From a virus (Duplodnaviria > Caudoviricetes), in the IMG/VR virus record IMGVR_UViG_3300014590_000001, positions 32,001-96,000 of that record: 64,000 bases of DNA. The stretch is one strand, 5' to 3'. Below are positions 49,619-58,902 of the stretch, piece by piece; position 1 is the first letter of the stretch, and each line of letters begins with the position of its first letter. Made by a program: the position numbers and the translations under genes. The notes beneath the pieces were generated by a model. The model saw only the letters and a program-made list of their open reading frames with translations, did not search any database and was not told where the DNA came from.

Positions 49619-50208
49619 TGATTGTTTCAAAGGCAATGCGAAACATTCGTCAGAAGATTGATTGGACTGCGGCAAACAGTGCGAACATCACAACTGGTCT
49701 ATGGCAGTTTGATTATAGTATTGAAGCGCGGGATGAACGTTTAGACTTCTCACAGTCGCGCGGCATGGATGTTTATTTTATCGCGGTTACGGGCGGCACA
49801 ATTACGGATGACGATTGGCATAATATTTACGGCCAATTAGGAGATAGTTTCGCAACCCAAACGCTGATAAGCACTCTGAAAACTTTGCGTCCAGATCTTA
49901 CGCTCACGGGAATGAGTACCGCTCAGGCGTGTGCGCGAATCAATCAGGAGTATACGGGAAGATATTTAAATTTCGATTTCACGTATACCAACCAGCCAGG
50001 CACTGTTAACTTCACTTCGATTCTGGCAGGAATTATCAGCCAATCCGCTGGCACTATTACCACGTCCACAAGCGTAACCAATTTATTCGAAATGAGTTAT
50101 CAAGATCTTTTGAATATGGGCGTGCCACTGGTGAACAACGGAAACGGAACCTACAAAATTAATACTAGTGTGGATCGACTCCGCATTAAAATCAGCGAGG
50201 ACGTATGA
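49618..50208 (+). CDS. Fibre-array protein
   Basis: Translationally coupled ORF within the array. Confidence 0.6.
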   Translation: MIVSKAMRNIRQKIDWTAANSANITTGLWQFDYSIEARDERLDFSQSRGMDVYFIAVTGGTITDDDWHNIYGQLGDSFATQTLISTLKTLRPDLTLTGMSTAQACARINQEYTGRYLNFDFTYTNQPGTVNFTSILAGIISQSAGTITTSTSVTNLFEMSYQDLLNMGVPLVNNGNGTYKINTSVDRLRIKISEDV

Positions 50209-51281
50209 AACTTTTAGACTTACAAGAGCGCCGCACATACGCTACAAGTATTTTCATGGCGTACTTTATGGAAGGCGATTTCCCCACACAGTCGCAGCTT
50301 GATTCGATGGATATTCAAGACATAATGAATAACTGTCTTACCATGCGCCCTTATATTAACGGCCAATATAGCACAGGCGGCAGAACTATCATGCAGCCAA
50401 TGAGTCGCTACGATGCAGTAAAAAATTGGCCTCTGTATAGTGCTTGGCAGGAAGTCGATACAATTTACGGCAAACAAGTTCTACCGAAAACTAAAATTCG
50501 CCGTTTCCGTGATCTGAACATTGAAAACAGCTATCCTTCTATGCAGATTACAAACATGTGGGCGATGGTGGCGATGGGGCGCACCACGGACGCTCAAGTA
50601 GCGTCCAATTTGATGGCTACCACCGCTGGCGTATTTGTTCCTGATGTTGATCCTACGGACGCAACTAAAACAATTATTGCTGAATTTGATTTCGGTGCGG
50701 ATGTTGAAATCACAGGATACATGAAACTTTGCAGCAGCGTTTCAGCAGCAGCAAACCCAATGTATCAAGTAACTCTTCAGGCACAGCTTGCTGGTGTGTG
50801 GACTGATGTATCGGCACTATTCAATCCTTCAGCATCAGATGGACAAGACGCAACTATTTATCCAATTACATACACAGGCGCAAAAGTTACGGCGCGTTAT
50901 TTCCGTTTGCGCCGTAACTCAACTACAATGCAAGTTTATCCTGGCACAATTCGCTTCATGGGTAAATATGTTGCAGGAACTCCGCGCACTTTCGGAAAAA
51001 TCGGTTACATGATTTTGACGCCGTTTGCACGTAACAACTCAGTGTTTGATATGAACACGTTGGATAATAGATCAACGTGTAACACGATTCTCGGTACTCA
51101 ATATAACATCATGGATGATCGACAGGTCGCAATGAGTGCGTACTCGGTTACTGACGACCCGAAACAAATCCCTAACTTTGATTTGTTCTTACCAAACGGA
51201 TTGGACTTTGAACAGGGAACTGATCTGTATCCTCCGTTCTTCACAACCATTCCACCTGTAGTTGAACTGGAGGCATTATGA
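50205..51281 (+). CDS. Fibre-array protein with a discoidin-like insert
   Basis: EFDFGADVEITGY..WTDV..VTARYFRL. Confidence 0.6.
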   Translation: MKLLDLQERRTYATSIFMAYFMEGDFPTQSQLDSMDIQDIMNNCLTMRPYINGQYSTGGRTIMQPMSRYDAVKNWPLYSAWQEVDTIYGKQVLPKTKIRRFRDLNIENSYPSMQITNMWAMVAMGRTTDAQVASNLMATTAGVFVPDVDPTDATKTIIAEFDFGADVEITGYMKLCSSVSAAANPMYQVTLQAQLAGVWTDVSALFNPSASDGQDATIYPITYTGAKVTARYFRLRRNSTTMQVYPGTIRFMGKYVAGTPRTFGKIGYMILTPFARNNSVFDMNTLDNRSTCNTILGTQYNIMDDRQVAMSAYSVTDDPKQIPNFDLFLPNGLDFEQGTDLYPPFFTTIPPVVELEAL

Positions 51282-51835
51282 TTTCCAATAAAGATTTTGT
51301 TGGTGCTAAAATTCTCGCAAGCATCTATGATATTTTTACACCAACATCAGCCAACGTTCAATGCAAAGTTGGTCTGTTTACTGGTGTGATGCCGAATCTG
51401 GTTGTTCCTGATACCGTGCCTCAAAACTTTGCGATCACGCCAGCAAACTTTATGGCGGCGCTCGGCGTAACGTCTGCGCAGTTTTTAGGTTGTCAAAACT
51501 ATACAACTGCGAATGGACGCAAGCCTACTGTTACGATTGGGCAGAACGCAAGCGACAGAACAAAGACGCGTAAGATCAATATTAACTTCACCGCAGTAAC
51601 AACCGATTTGATCGGCGCAGCAAACGGAACTCCGACATTCTTTATTGCGTTACGTACAAGTGCCGCAGGTACAGATGCGAGTACGTGGGCAGCATTCATT
51701 TCCGGAACCGCAGTGGATGAAATCATGATCGGTACTGTAGGAAATGAAGATAGCGATGCGGAATTGAAACTTGTTGGCGGATCTATCGTTATCGGCCAGG
51801 GTTATCGAATGACGGATCTTAACATTCAATACTAA
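51278..51835 (+). CDS. Fibre-array core protein
   Basis: LFTGVMP, GTPTFF and GTVGNEDSDAELKLVGG motifs. Confidence 0.65.
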   Translation: MISNKDFVGAKILASIYDIFTPTSANVQCKVGLFTGVMPNLVVPDTVPQNFAITPANFMAALGVTSAQFLGCQNYTTANGRKPTVTIGQNASDRTKTRKININFTAVTTDLIGAANGTPTFFIALRTSAAGTDASTWAAFISGTAVDEIMIGTVGNEDSDAELKLVGGSIVIGQGYRMTDLNIQY

Positions 51836-51844
51836 GGAATCATT

Positions 51845-52765
51845 ATGCTTGTCGAAATGAAACCTATTCGACAACGCGTTTTTGATCTTCTCAATCAAAG
51901 CAATATTTGTGCGGCAATGTATATGGTCAGTGGGAAGGAACCCACTGGCGATATCAGAGAAGATTTGAAACACGTTCGTGCAGTAAGTCTTTTAGATATT
52001 GCAACGGGTACAACAGGAATCACCGCAGGAAACCAAACGCTTTCGCAACGCGCAGTGATTAGTGGATATTCCGGATACGGTGCGAAGTTCTATCAAGATG
52101 GATCACTTGATGATATTCTTCTGCAAGATGCGTATCCAGTTTCTGTTTATCCTCAAGATCCAAATGCTACATATGAGGCGACATATCTTTGGGCTGCGAT
52201 CCGAAACTATTCTGGCTACTATCCGTCAACTCCTTATGAAACTGCGCTGGCTTCCGCATTCAATGCCAGCATAGGAGACAGTCCGGGAGTTATGATTGCA
52301 GATTACGGAACAGTATTTAATTTCCGTAAACTTTCATGCTTGGCCTTTGCTGCTACAAACTATAACGTGGCAAAAATTGAATACAGTGTGGATGGTGTAA
52401 AGTGGACTCAACTCACGATTGCCAATAGTCGCGTTCAACTTTTCGATTTCTCTGCGCGTTATATTCGTTACACTTCTCAGACTGCCGCAACAATTGCGTG
52501 TACGTATGTTTGGAAAGTTGTGCCGAAGGAAAATGCGTTTGCACAAGAAACGATTGATAAAATTGTTTTGTGTCGATTCAATGGCCCCCTGATGGGAACC
52601 AGTGTGGCGAACGTAAACAATCCGCTCATTAATAACTATATCGGAATTATTCTTGATATAGGAACGGACGTAACTGTTTCGGATACCGTATCAGGAACCG
52701 CAGCAATTCCTTATCTGCAAAGTTGTCGAATTGCTTTCGATTCAAATGTGGTGGAGGCTTCTTAA
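51845..52765 (+). CDS. Fibre-array protein with a discoidin-like insert
   Basis: DYGTVF..KIEYSVDGVKWT..SARYIRY. Confidence 0.6.
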   Translation: MLVEMKPIRQRVFDLLNQSNICAAMYMVSGKEPTGDIREDLKHVRAVSLLDIATGTTGITAGNQTLSQRAVISGYSGYGAKFYQDGSLDDILLQDAYPVSVYPQDPNATYEATYLWAAIRNYSGYYPSTPYETALASAFNASIGDSPGVMIADYGTVFNFRKLSCLAFAATNYNVAKIEYSVDGVKWTQLTIANSRVQLFDFSARYIRYTSQTAATIACTYVWKVVPKENAFAQETIDKIVLCRFNGPLMGTSVANVNNPLINNYIGIILDIGTDVTVSDTVSGTAAIPYLQSCRIAFDSNVVEAS

Positions 52766-53400
52766 TGCGATTAGTTCCTGGAAGTGCTCGTACCGCTGTT
52801 TACGAACGAACTCGTAAACAAAGTGGCGGCTCAACAATGGCAAACATGGTCGCAGCACTTATGTTTTTCGATGGTGTTATGCCGGATGCTGCAACAATTA
52901 AAGCCCGTTTTGCCGCAGGTCAAACAGGTGCGCCGCGTCAGGCGTGTTTGCATAACGTTATTTATCCGCACGAATCTCAGTATATGGGATCGGTTGCGTG
53001 GAAACTTGGATTCGAATCTATTATTCGTCCTTCGCGAAAATCTGAACTCGAATTCATTCTGAACATGACGGACGTAGGTTTAACTAACCCGTCATATACA
53101 GGAAAAGAAAGCGATCCGATGGCAACACGTCAGGCTCGCATTCACCGCGCAGGTACTCCAACTTGGTTCGCAATTGCTTTTACAAGCGGATCTGGATATT
53201 TAAGTTTAAATGGAAACGCCGTTCCTACGGCAGCAACCGGCTCGAACCAAATTTATTTCTGCGCTCTTGGTACTGTAGGCAATGAAGACAGTACAGCAGA
53301 TTTGAAACTTGTCGGCGGCAATTTGGAAGCAACTCAAACTTCCCCAATAGATCTTAGCAAGGTTCCTATTATTGCTAATTTAAGAATTCAGTTAAGATAA
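52765..53400 (+). CDS. Fibre-array core protein (paralogue of the 51278 protein)
   Basis: FFDGVMP, GTPTWF and GTVGNEDSTADLKLVGG motifs. Confidence 0.65.
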   Translation: MRLVPGSARTAVYERTRKQSGGSTMANMVAALMFFDGVMPDAATIKARFAAGQTGAPRQACLHNVIYPHESQYMGSVAWKLGFESIIRPSRKSELEFILNMTDVGLTNPSYTGKESDPMATRQARIHRAGTPTWFAIAFTSGSGYLSLNGNAVPTAATGSNQIYFCALGTVGNEDSTADLKLVGGNLEATQTSPIDLSKVPIIANLRIQLR

Positions 53401-53418
53401 AATTCAAAGGAATATACT

Positions 53419-53658
53419 ATGCAAATCGAAGTCGCTTTAGCAGCAAAAGAATTTACTTCCCTAAGTGCTGACCTGTCTCTGTTACAGGAAGAATATCAAA
53501 CTCTTTTCCGTGAGGAACTCAGCACTTACGGAGTGAATAGTCCCGCTCAATTGGACGCGGATCAGATGAGTGCTTTCTTCACTCGTGTTTCTGACAAGTG
53601 GAAAGCTCGCAAACTGGCGCTGTACAAAGAGGGGAAAATTGATGACAGCAAACTCTAA
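53419..53658 (+). CDS. Small acidic protein, possibly a head scaffold-type protein
   Basis: EYQTLFREELSTYGVNSPAQLDADQMSAFFTRV. Preceded by the CTAATTT motif. Confidence 0.55.
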   Translation: MQIEVALAAKEFTSLSADLSLLQEEYQTLFREELSTYGVNSPAQLDADQMSAFFTRVSDKWKARKLALYKEGKIDDSKL

Positions 53659-53670
53659 GAGGTAGTAAAT

Positions 53671-53994
53671 ATGTTGCCTGATGTGCAAGACGTAATTAAA
53701 CACTACGATTGGTTCCAGTTGTTCGGTTATATTTGCACTTGGGTAGGCGGCGTTCTTGTTAATTATGTTCAAAAGACAAAACGTGAAGGTTTAGATTGGC
53801 GTCAATACTGGACGAACAATCCGTTCTCTACTGTAGCGAGCGTGTTCGTTAGTATTGGCCTTTTCGTTAACCTGATCGGATCTGGCGAAACTAATCACAT
53901 TACGTTTTTCTCCGTTGCGTTTATGGCTGAAAACCTAATCAACAACGGATCATCACGTAGCAACGCAAACGACTCAAACGCAAAAACAGAATAG
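53671..53994 (+). CDS. Putative holin
   Basis: 107 aa with 2-3 hydrophobic helices and a polar tail. Lies upstream of the spanin-like genes. Confidence 0.55.
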   Translation: MLPDVQDVIKHYDWFQLFGYICTWVGGVLVNYVQKTKREGLDWRQYWTNNPFSTVASVFVSIGLFVNLIGSGETNHITFFSVAFMAENLINNGSSRSNANDSNAKTE

Positions 53995-54004
53995 CGAGAG
54001 ACAT

Positions 54005-54283
54005 ATGCAAACGCTGAAAAAATATTGGCTCTGGTTCGTAGGCGTTGTTGGTGTGTTAGTTACCATTTATTTGGTTCGCCCACGCAGCAAAACTTCTACA
54101 GGGATTAGCGAGCTACAGAAAGCCGAAGAAAAGATTCGTGAATCGACTATCGCGCGTCAGAAAGAGGCGGCGAATGAAGTTACTGAATCTGTTAGTAAGC
54201 TGAATGAGTCTCGCAAACCTGAAACAGTTGTCGATCAGAATAAAGATATGGATGCGCTTGCGGAGGAATATAACAAGCTATGA
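54005..54283 (+). CDS. Putative i-spanin (Rz-like)
   Basis: N-terminal transmembrane helix followed by a coiled coil. Overlaps the lipoprotein gene. Confidence 0.6.
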   Translation: MQTLKKYWLWFVGVVGVLVTIYLVRPRSKTSTGISELQKAEEKIRESTIARQKEAANEVTESVSKLNESRKPETVVDQNKDMDALAEEYNKL

Positions 54284-54744
54284 GGAAGATAATTCTTCTT
54301 CTCGCTTTCGTATTGGTTGGATGTAATAGTCTGCCGGAAATTCCCGATAGTTCTAAAACATCCATCCAATCTATTCCGCGTGTTGAAAGTCTTACGTGGG
54401 AGAAAGTTGATGTTCCCGCGAAACCAAAAATAACATTGAAAGAGATCGAAGAGAAGAAAGTTGCGGTGCTCGATAACAAAGGTATGGCTGATTTAATCAA
54501 GCTATATTCGAGTGCAAAAGATCGTACCAGTGAAGTTAATTCATTGGTTGCGGTTCTTAACCGTACTATCGACGAACGAAACAAATTGTTAGATTTGGCG
54601 AAGGCTGAAGAACTTAGGTCTAATGCGTTAGCGAAGGATTTAAGTGCGGAGCGTGAGGCGAGGATTAACGAACAACGAGCAGCAGATTTGCAAATAACTA
54701 TTACGCGAGTGATAGCTTTAATTGCAGTCGGTTTTGCTCTATAA
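54280..54744 (+). CDS. Spanin-like lipoprotein with a C-terminal hydrophobic helix
   Basis: MRK-hydrophobic-LVGC lipobox, a coiled coil, and the C-terminus ITITRVIALIAVGFAL. Confidence 0.65.
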   Translation: MRKIILLLAFVLVGCNSLPEIPDSSKTSIQSIPRVESLTWEKVDVPAKPKITLKEIEEKKVAVLDNKGMADLIKLYSSAKDRTSEVNSLVAVLNRTIDERNKLLDLAKAEELRSNALAKDLSAEREARINEQRAADLQITITRVIALIAVGFAL

Positions 54745-54750
54745 ACGACA

Positions 54751-54779
54751 AAAGGGAGGCCATTCGGCTTCCCTTTTTT
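54751..54779. terminator. Bidirectional terminator between convergent gene blocks
   Basis: AAAGGGAGGCC-attc-GGCTTCCCTTTTTT. Confidence 0.88.
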
Positions 54780-54784
54780 ATTTC

Positions 54785-55558
54785 TTATTCCAGATTTGTT
54801 CTGATATCACCTAACAGCCATTCACCGTGAGCGTGAATAGTAGTCAGCACTTCAGAAACGTTATCCAGATGATCTTTCAGGCTCATACTTACCAGCGCTT
54901 GTGCGTCGGCTTCTTCAGATCCGGAATTGGTATCGTGTGCAAACAGCAATTCACTCAGCGTAGACATAAGATTGCGCGTATTGTTCGTTGCATCAGCGAA
55001 ACCGGATTCAGTTTCAGACCAACCGGAGTAACCGGAAGTGTCACGGCTTGCGTGAGCGTTGATCATATCGACGTTACTGGTATCGCCGTTCATCGCATAT
55101 ACACCACGCGCCAAAACATAATTCAGCGTTGAAATCGCGTTCATGGATTCGTTGCGAACAACGGTCATTGCGCGAGGTGTGCGATTAAACAAATTGCGAC
55201 CGTCGAAGATTGCGCCTTTAGCGCCGCTGTACGGGCACGGATCAACAGGACTAGGGCAATCGCTATCATCCGCAGCGCATTCGTCTTCAGAATAGTAATC
55301 GTTGAGCGGTGTGTCGATAACGATACCTGCATTGAAGAAAGCGTTTTCCAGCGCCAGCGAAAGTTTGAAAACGTTGTCTGCTTTTTCGTGGATCTGGTTT
55401 GCGATGTTCGCGTCTGCCTGACGTTGGCGATGCGGCGCAACACTTCCGATAGAATCTTCAGTCAGAAGTTTTGCTGAAGTGTTTTCCGCAGGAGCCTTTT
55501 CGAAGCGTCCAGTAGTCGGATTTTTCTGAACTTTTGAACCATTTGCTTTAGAAGTCAT
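54785..55558 (-). CDS. Hypothetical helical protein (paralogue of the 55567 protein)
   Basis: Basic disordered N-terminus. LSELLFAHDT resembles ISWALFGHET. Confidence 0.7.
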   Translation of the reverse strand: MTSKANGSKVQKNPTTGRFEKAPAENTSAKLLTEDSIGSVAPHRQRQADANIANQIHEKADNVFKLSLALENAFFNAGIVIDTPLNDYYSEDECAADDSDCPSPVDPCPYSGAKGAIFDGRNLFNRTPRAMTVVRNESMNAISTLNYVLARGVYAMNGDTSNVDMINAHASRDTSGYSGWSETESGFADATNNTRNLMSTLSELLFAHDTNSGSEEADAQALVSMSLKDHLDNVSEVLTTIHAHGEWLLGDIRTNLE

Positions 55559-55566
55559 TTTCTACC

Positions 55567-56331
55567 TTAGAAAGTTTCGTTGATACGATAAGTTACGGCC
55601 TGAACAGTGTTCTGCATGTTTTCGATCTTACGCAGCGCCACGTCCAGCATGTAGACGATACCGATGATTCCGTTATCAGAAGATGCACCGGAAGCAGTTT
55701 CGTTTTCAGTTTCGTGACCAAAGAGTGCCCACGAAATGTTGTCCAGATTCGAGCGGCAGTTACTGAAGTTTTGATTCAGGTTGTCATAAACAGATGCAAC
55801 CGAACGACCGATTAGAATACGATCCGCAGCATATTCGCAACGGTCTTCAGCGCCGCACAGTTTCTTATCTGTTTCGTCGTTACCGTTAACGTACAGATCC
55901 AGCAGGTAGCTTGTGCGACCTAAAGTATCAGCAGCATAACGCAGCGCAGAGATAGCGGATTCATCCGTTGCGCCGTATTGACCGTGCAGATCGCGCAGTG
56001 CAGTCAGATGCGCTTCCATATCTTCGTACAGCGTATCGGAAACCAGACCGTTGTGGAAGATACCAACTTTACGCAGCGCTTCAGCCAGCAGATGAACAGA
56101 GTCAGAAAGTTGTGCGTTCAACATTGCCAGTGAAACAATTGGAGAACTTTCGCGCACAGGCGCTTTAATTGCCGGAGCAGCAACAGTGCGCGGAGAGCCT
56201 GACGCTTTACGCGAACCCGCTTCAGCCAGTTTTTCTTTTGGAATACTGCCGACAATAGTTGCGTTACCTGCATTCGATTTTGCGCGAGCGTGTTCTACGC
56301 GTTCGTTCTTACGTGCTTTTTCAGTTGTCAT
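55567..56331 (-). CDS. Hypothetical helical protein
   Basis: 254 aa ORF. Confidence 0.7.
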   Translation of the reverse strand: MTTEKARKNERVEHARAKSNAGNATIVGSIPKEKLAEAGSRKASGSPRTVAAPAIKAPVRESSPIVSLAMLNAQLSDSVHLLAEALRKVGIFHNGLVSDTLYEDMEAHLTALRDLHGQYGATDESAISALRYAADTLGRTSYLLDLYVNGNDETDKKLCGAEDRCEYAADRILIGRSVASVYDNLNQNFSNCRSNLDNISWALFGHETENETASGASSDNGIIGIVYMLDVALRKIENMQNTVQAVTYRINETF

Positions 56332-57050
56332 TTACCGTACCTTTCTACCAGTTGTTTATGTTTATGGTAACGAATCACGCTATCTTGCGCAGGAATATTT
56401 TCACGCAAGAACGAAGAAGCGAAATTCAGTATTGGAGTGAAGTCAAACACAACTCCGCGCGAACAGGTGAAAGAGGAATTCGTTAACGGAATTACTCGCT
56501 CATGCTCTATGCGAAGGAAACACATTTCATTTTCTTCATCCGGCATATTCTCAGTAAGAGAAATAATGCCAGCGATAATCCCTTCGGTGATCGTCGTGTT
56601 ATCAGTCAGCCACTTGTATAATGACTTTACAGTTTTCTTCTTAGTGATAAGAAGGAATAGTGGAGGAACACACAGACGTTCACGAAACTTTGTGTGCGCT
56701 TCAGCAACGGCGAGATCAATAATCTCTTCAGCTTCTTCCACAACTTTGCGAACACCGTGCTGCATACATTCGGCGTAACTATCAAACGCTTCTATTTCCG
56801 TTCTGGACATTGTATGGCTGTACACTGCGTACAGGTTCTGTCCGGAAGGAATCATAGCAATGAAGTGCGTAGCGTTTTCAAACATAGCAGCATCTACATG
56901 TTTGATTTCAACGCTGATTAGTTTTGAATACTCGGCATTGTTGCGAGGCATTGGAATTTCGCCCATGTACATGAGTTCCGCAATACGGTCTACGGTTTGA
57001 TCATGCACAATCTGCATTTCATCACTGCCAATACTGTTTGCAAGGTTCAC
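56328..57050 (-). CDS. Hypothetical protein
   Basis: 240 aa, coupled to both neighbours. Confidence 0.7.
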   Translation of the reverse strand: MNLANSIGSDEMQIVHDQTVDRIAELMYMGEIPMPRNNAEYSKLISVEIKHVDAAMFENATHFIAMIPSGQNLYAVYSHTMSRTEIEAFDSYAECMQHGVRKVVEEAEEIIDLAVAEAHTKFRERLCVPPLFLLITKKKTVKSLYKWLTDNTTITEGIIAGIISLTENMPDEENEMCFLRIEHERVIPLTNSSFTCSRGVVFDFTPILNFASSFLRENIPAQDSVIRYHKHKQLVERYGK

Positions 57051-57655
57051 ATCTTTCTCCTGAATTGTCGCTGCGTCATGCGCTGCATTTTCGGATTGTG
57101 ATTCTGTTTATAAAACTGGCGACGGTTCATGCTGGCAAAATTTCCGTTACCTTTCTGTTCACGAAACGCTTCAGGTTCAGTGAACAGAAAGCGAATACTT
57201 TCTGTTCCCCACTGCCCTTCCATTTGTTTTGCAAGCTGGCGTATTTGTTCACGCGCAGTTTCAATAGACAGGATTTCAATATCCAGTGCAATTAACTGTT
57301 TGAAGATTTCGTTTTCTGCTACAGGCTGATCACAATATCCTTTGCGGATTGCTTCACGCTGAAGATGATGGAACAGAGTACGAACTTGCTGCGCACCTAA
57401 TGGAGCATTCTCTTCTTCAATCCAGAAGATATCTGTTTCTTTCCACTCAGGAGCATCAACCATATCGCGATAACGTTTGACCAGCGCGATCTCTTCCTCA
57501 GTCTTTGCATCTTCCAGCAGATGAAAGATTCTAAACTTATGCCCGTTATTCTCACTGCGCAAACAGCCCAATCCCAACATGACACCCGCTAAATAATATT
57601 CCTCCTTACTCAGCGGCTTGTCACTAATACGTTGTTCGAAACCAATTCCGATCAT
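57047..57655 (-). CDS. Hypothetical protein with a basic C-terminal tail
   Basis: 202 aa ORF. Confidence 0.7.
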   Translation of the reverse strand: MIGIGFEQRISDKPLSKEEYYLAGVMLGLGCLRSENNGHKFRIFHLLEDAKTEEEIALVKRYRDMVDAPEWKETDIFWIEEENAPLGAQQVRTLFHHLQREAIRKGYCDQPVAENEIFKQLIALDIEILSIETAREQIRQLAKQMEGQWGTESIRFLFTEPEAFREQKGNGNFASMNRRQFYKQNHNPKMQRMTQRQFRRKM

Positions 57656-57879
57656 CGTCTTCCCCGATTGATTCTTCTTACTGGTTTGTTTACAGATTTA
57701 AAATTCTTGCGTGGATCGCGAACGTCACGACGAGCATTCTGTAGGTCAAAGATGGTAAGCGGATTAATTTCCTTTGCCGGAAGAATCTCTACAGTGTTCT
57801 TGAGAGATTCTATCAGCGCCTTACCAACTCCGCTCGGCATACATGCGCCCAAAACAACTACCTGCTTTTTCTCACTCAT
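57652..57879 (-). CDS. Hypothetical protein (75 aa)
   Basis: Begins MSEKKQVVVLG. ATG overlaps the end of the upstream gene. Confidence 0.6.
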   Translation of the reverse strand: MSEKKQVVVLGACMPSGVGKALIESLKNTVEILPAKEINPLTIFDLQNARRDVRDPRKNFKSVNKPVRRINRGRR

Positions 57880-58321
57880 TCGTTTCACCAAAGATAAGTT
57901 TCTTTTGGCGCTCAAGGCGAGTCGCAGTGTATGGCGCAAAGATACGATCATGCCGTTCTTTCTGGCGTAACTTTTCGTCGCGCAGAGAGCGAGCCGTATC
58001 AGTAATGGCATCGACTTCAGCAACGAAAGCATTTTTGAATCGTTCGGCGCACTCTGCAATTGTACGAGTTTGCGCAGGGAATTCATTAACGCACAGAATA
58101 ACATCGCTATCCAGCATATTGTCATTAACGAAATCAGCAGCATCCTCTGCCAATCGTTGTGGATTAGTTCCACGGAAAGTTTTTAATACGCGCTTATTGT
58201 TGTACGTATAGATTACGTCAGCAACTAAACCAGCACCTTCGGCATAAGCACGAACAACAAGGTTAGCAACATCAAATTCCGCTTTGCACGACGCGGTTTT
58301 ATAAATAAGTTTCGCTTCCAT
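57872..58321 (-). CDS. Hypothetical protein
   Basis: SD GAGG upstream of the ATG at 58321. Confidence 0.65.
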   Translation of the reverse strand: MEAKLIYKTASCKAEFDVANLVVRAYAEGAGLVADVIYTYNNKRVLKTFRGTNPQRLAEDAADFVNDNMLDSDVILCVNEFPAQTRTIAECAERFKNAFVAEVDAITDTARSLRDEKLRQKERHDRIFAPYTATRLERQKKLIFGETNE

Positions 58322-58328
58322 GCTAACC

Positions 58329-58559
58329 TCAGTACGCAATATACGAGCAATTGTCTTTGTTGATATAGACAACGAGTTTCTTAAACGGCTTTATTATTTT
58401 TAAAAACGTTTTGCCGAAGAAATGTTTCTGACCAATGCCTCCGCACATATAAAAGAATTTGCACGAAGGAGGCACACGCACTTCAGAGAAGCACTGGACT
58501 ACAGTGACTTCATGAGTCTCTTTCAGTCCATCAAGGATTTGCTTTAGTTTACTTTCCAT
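58329..58559 (-). CDS. Hypothetical protein
   Basis: 76 aa ORF. Confidence 0.55.
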   Translation of the reverse strand: MESKLKQILDGLKETHEVTVVQCFSEVRVPPSCKFFYMCGGIGQKHFFGKTFLKIIKPFKKLVVYINKDNCSYIAY

Positions 58560-58900
58560 TTTTGGTTTCCTATTGGAACAACATTATTTGTTGGCGCACT
58601 ATCGGATCTGAATCTACCGATAGGAATTTCTACGCCGTCCACGACTTCGAACACTCTTCCGTTCTTACGAACAAAATTAAGAACTTCTGCATGTACAAGA
58701 AGAATTGCGCAAACGGTCTGCGCATTCAGTTCTTCAAAGGACATAGCAAAAAGTTTCGGTTCGATTTCGTGCGAGTAAATATGCACCGCAGCACAGTCAT
58801 CATTCTTGCCTAAAGACAGTTGATATTGTGCAGCACGACGCGCTCGCTTTTTGATCTTTTGCAGCGTGGTATGTTGGTCGATTCCGAAACGTTGAAACAT
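58544..58900 (-). CDS. Hypothetical protein
   Basis: 118 aa ORF. Confidence 0.6.
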   Translation of the reverse strand: MFQRFGIDQHTTLQKIKKRARRAAQYQLSLGKNDDCAAVHIYSHEIEPKLFAMSFEELNAQTVCAILLVHAEVLNFVRKNGRVFEVVDGVEIPIGRFRSDSAPTNNVVPIGNQKWKVN

Positions 58901-58902
58901 AG

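Noticed and set aside
42117-53400. Diversity-generating retroelement or invertase shufflon acting on the fibre genes
   Set aside because: There is no reverse transcriptase or recombinase in the window. I saw no near-identical TR/VR pair or inverted crossover sites.
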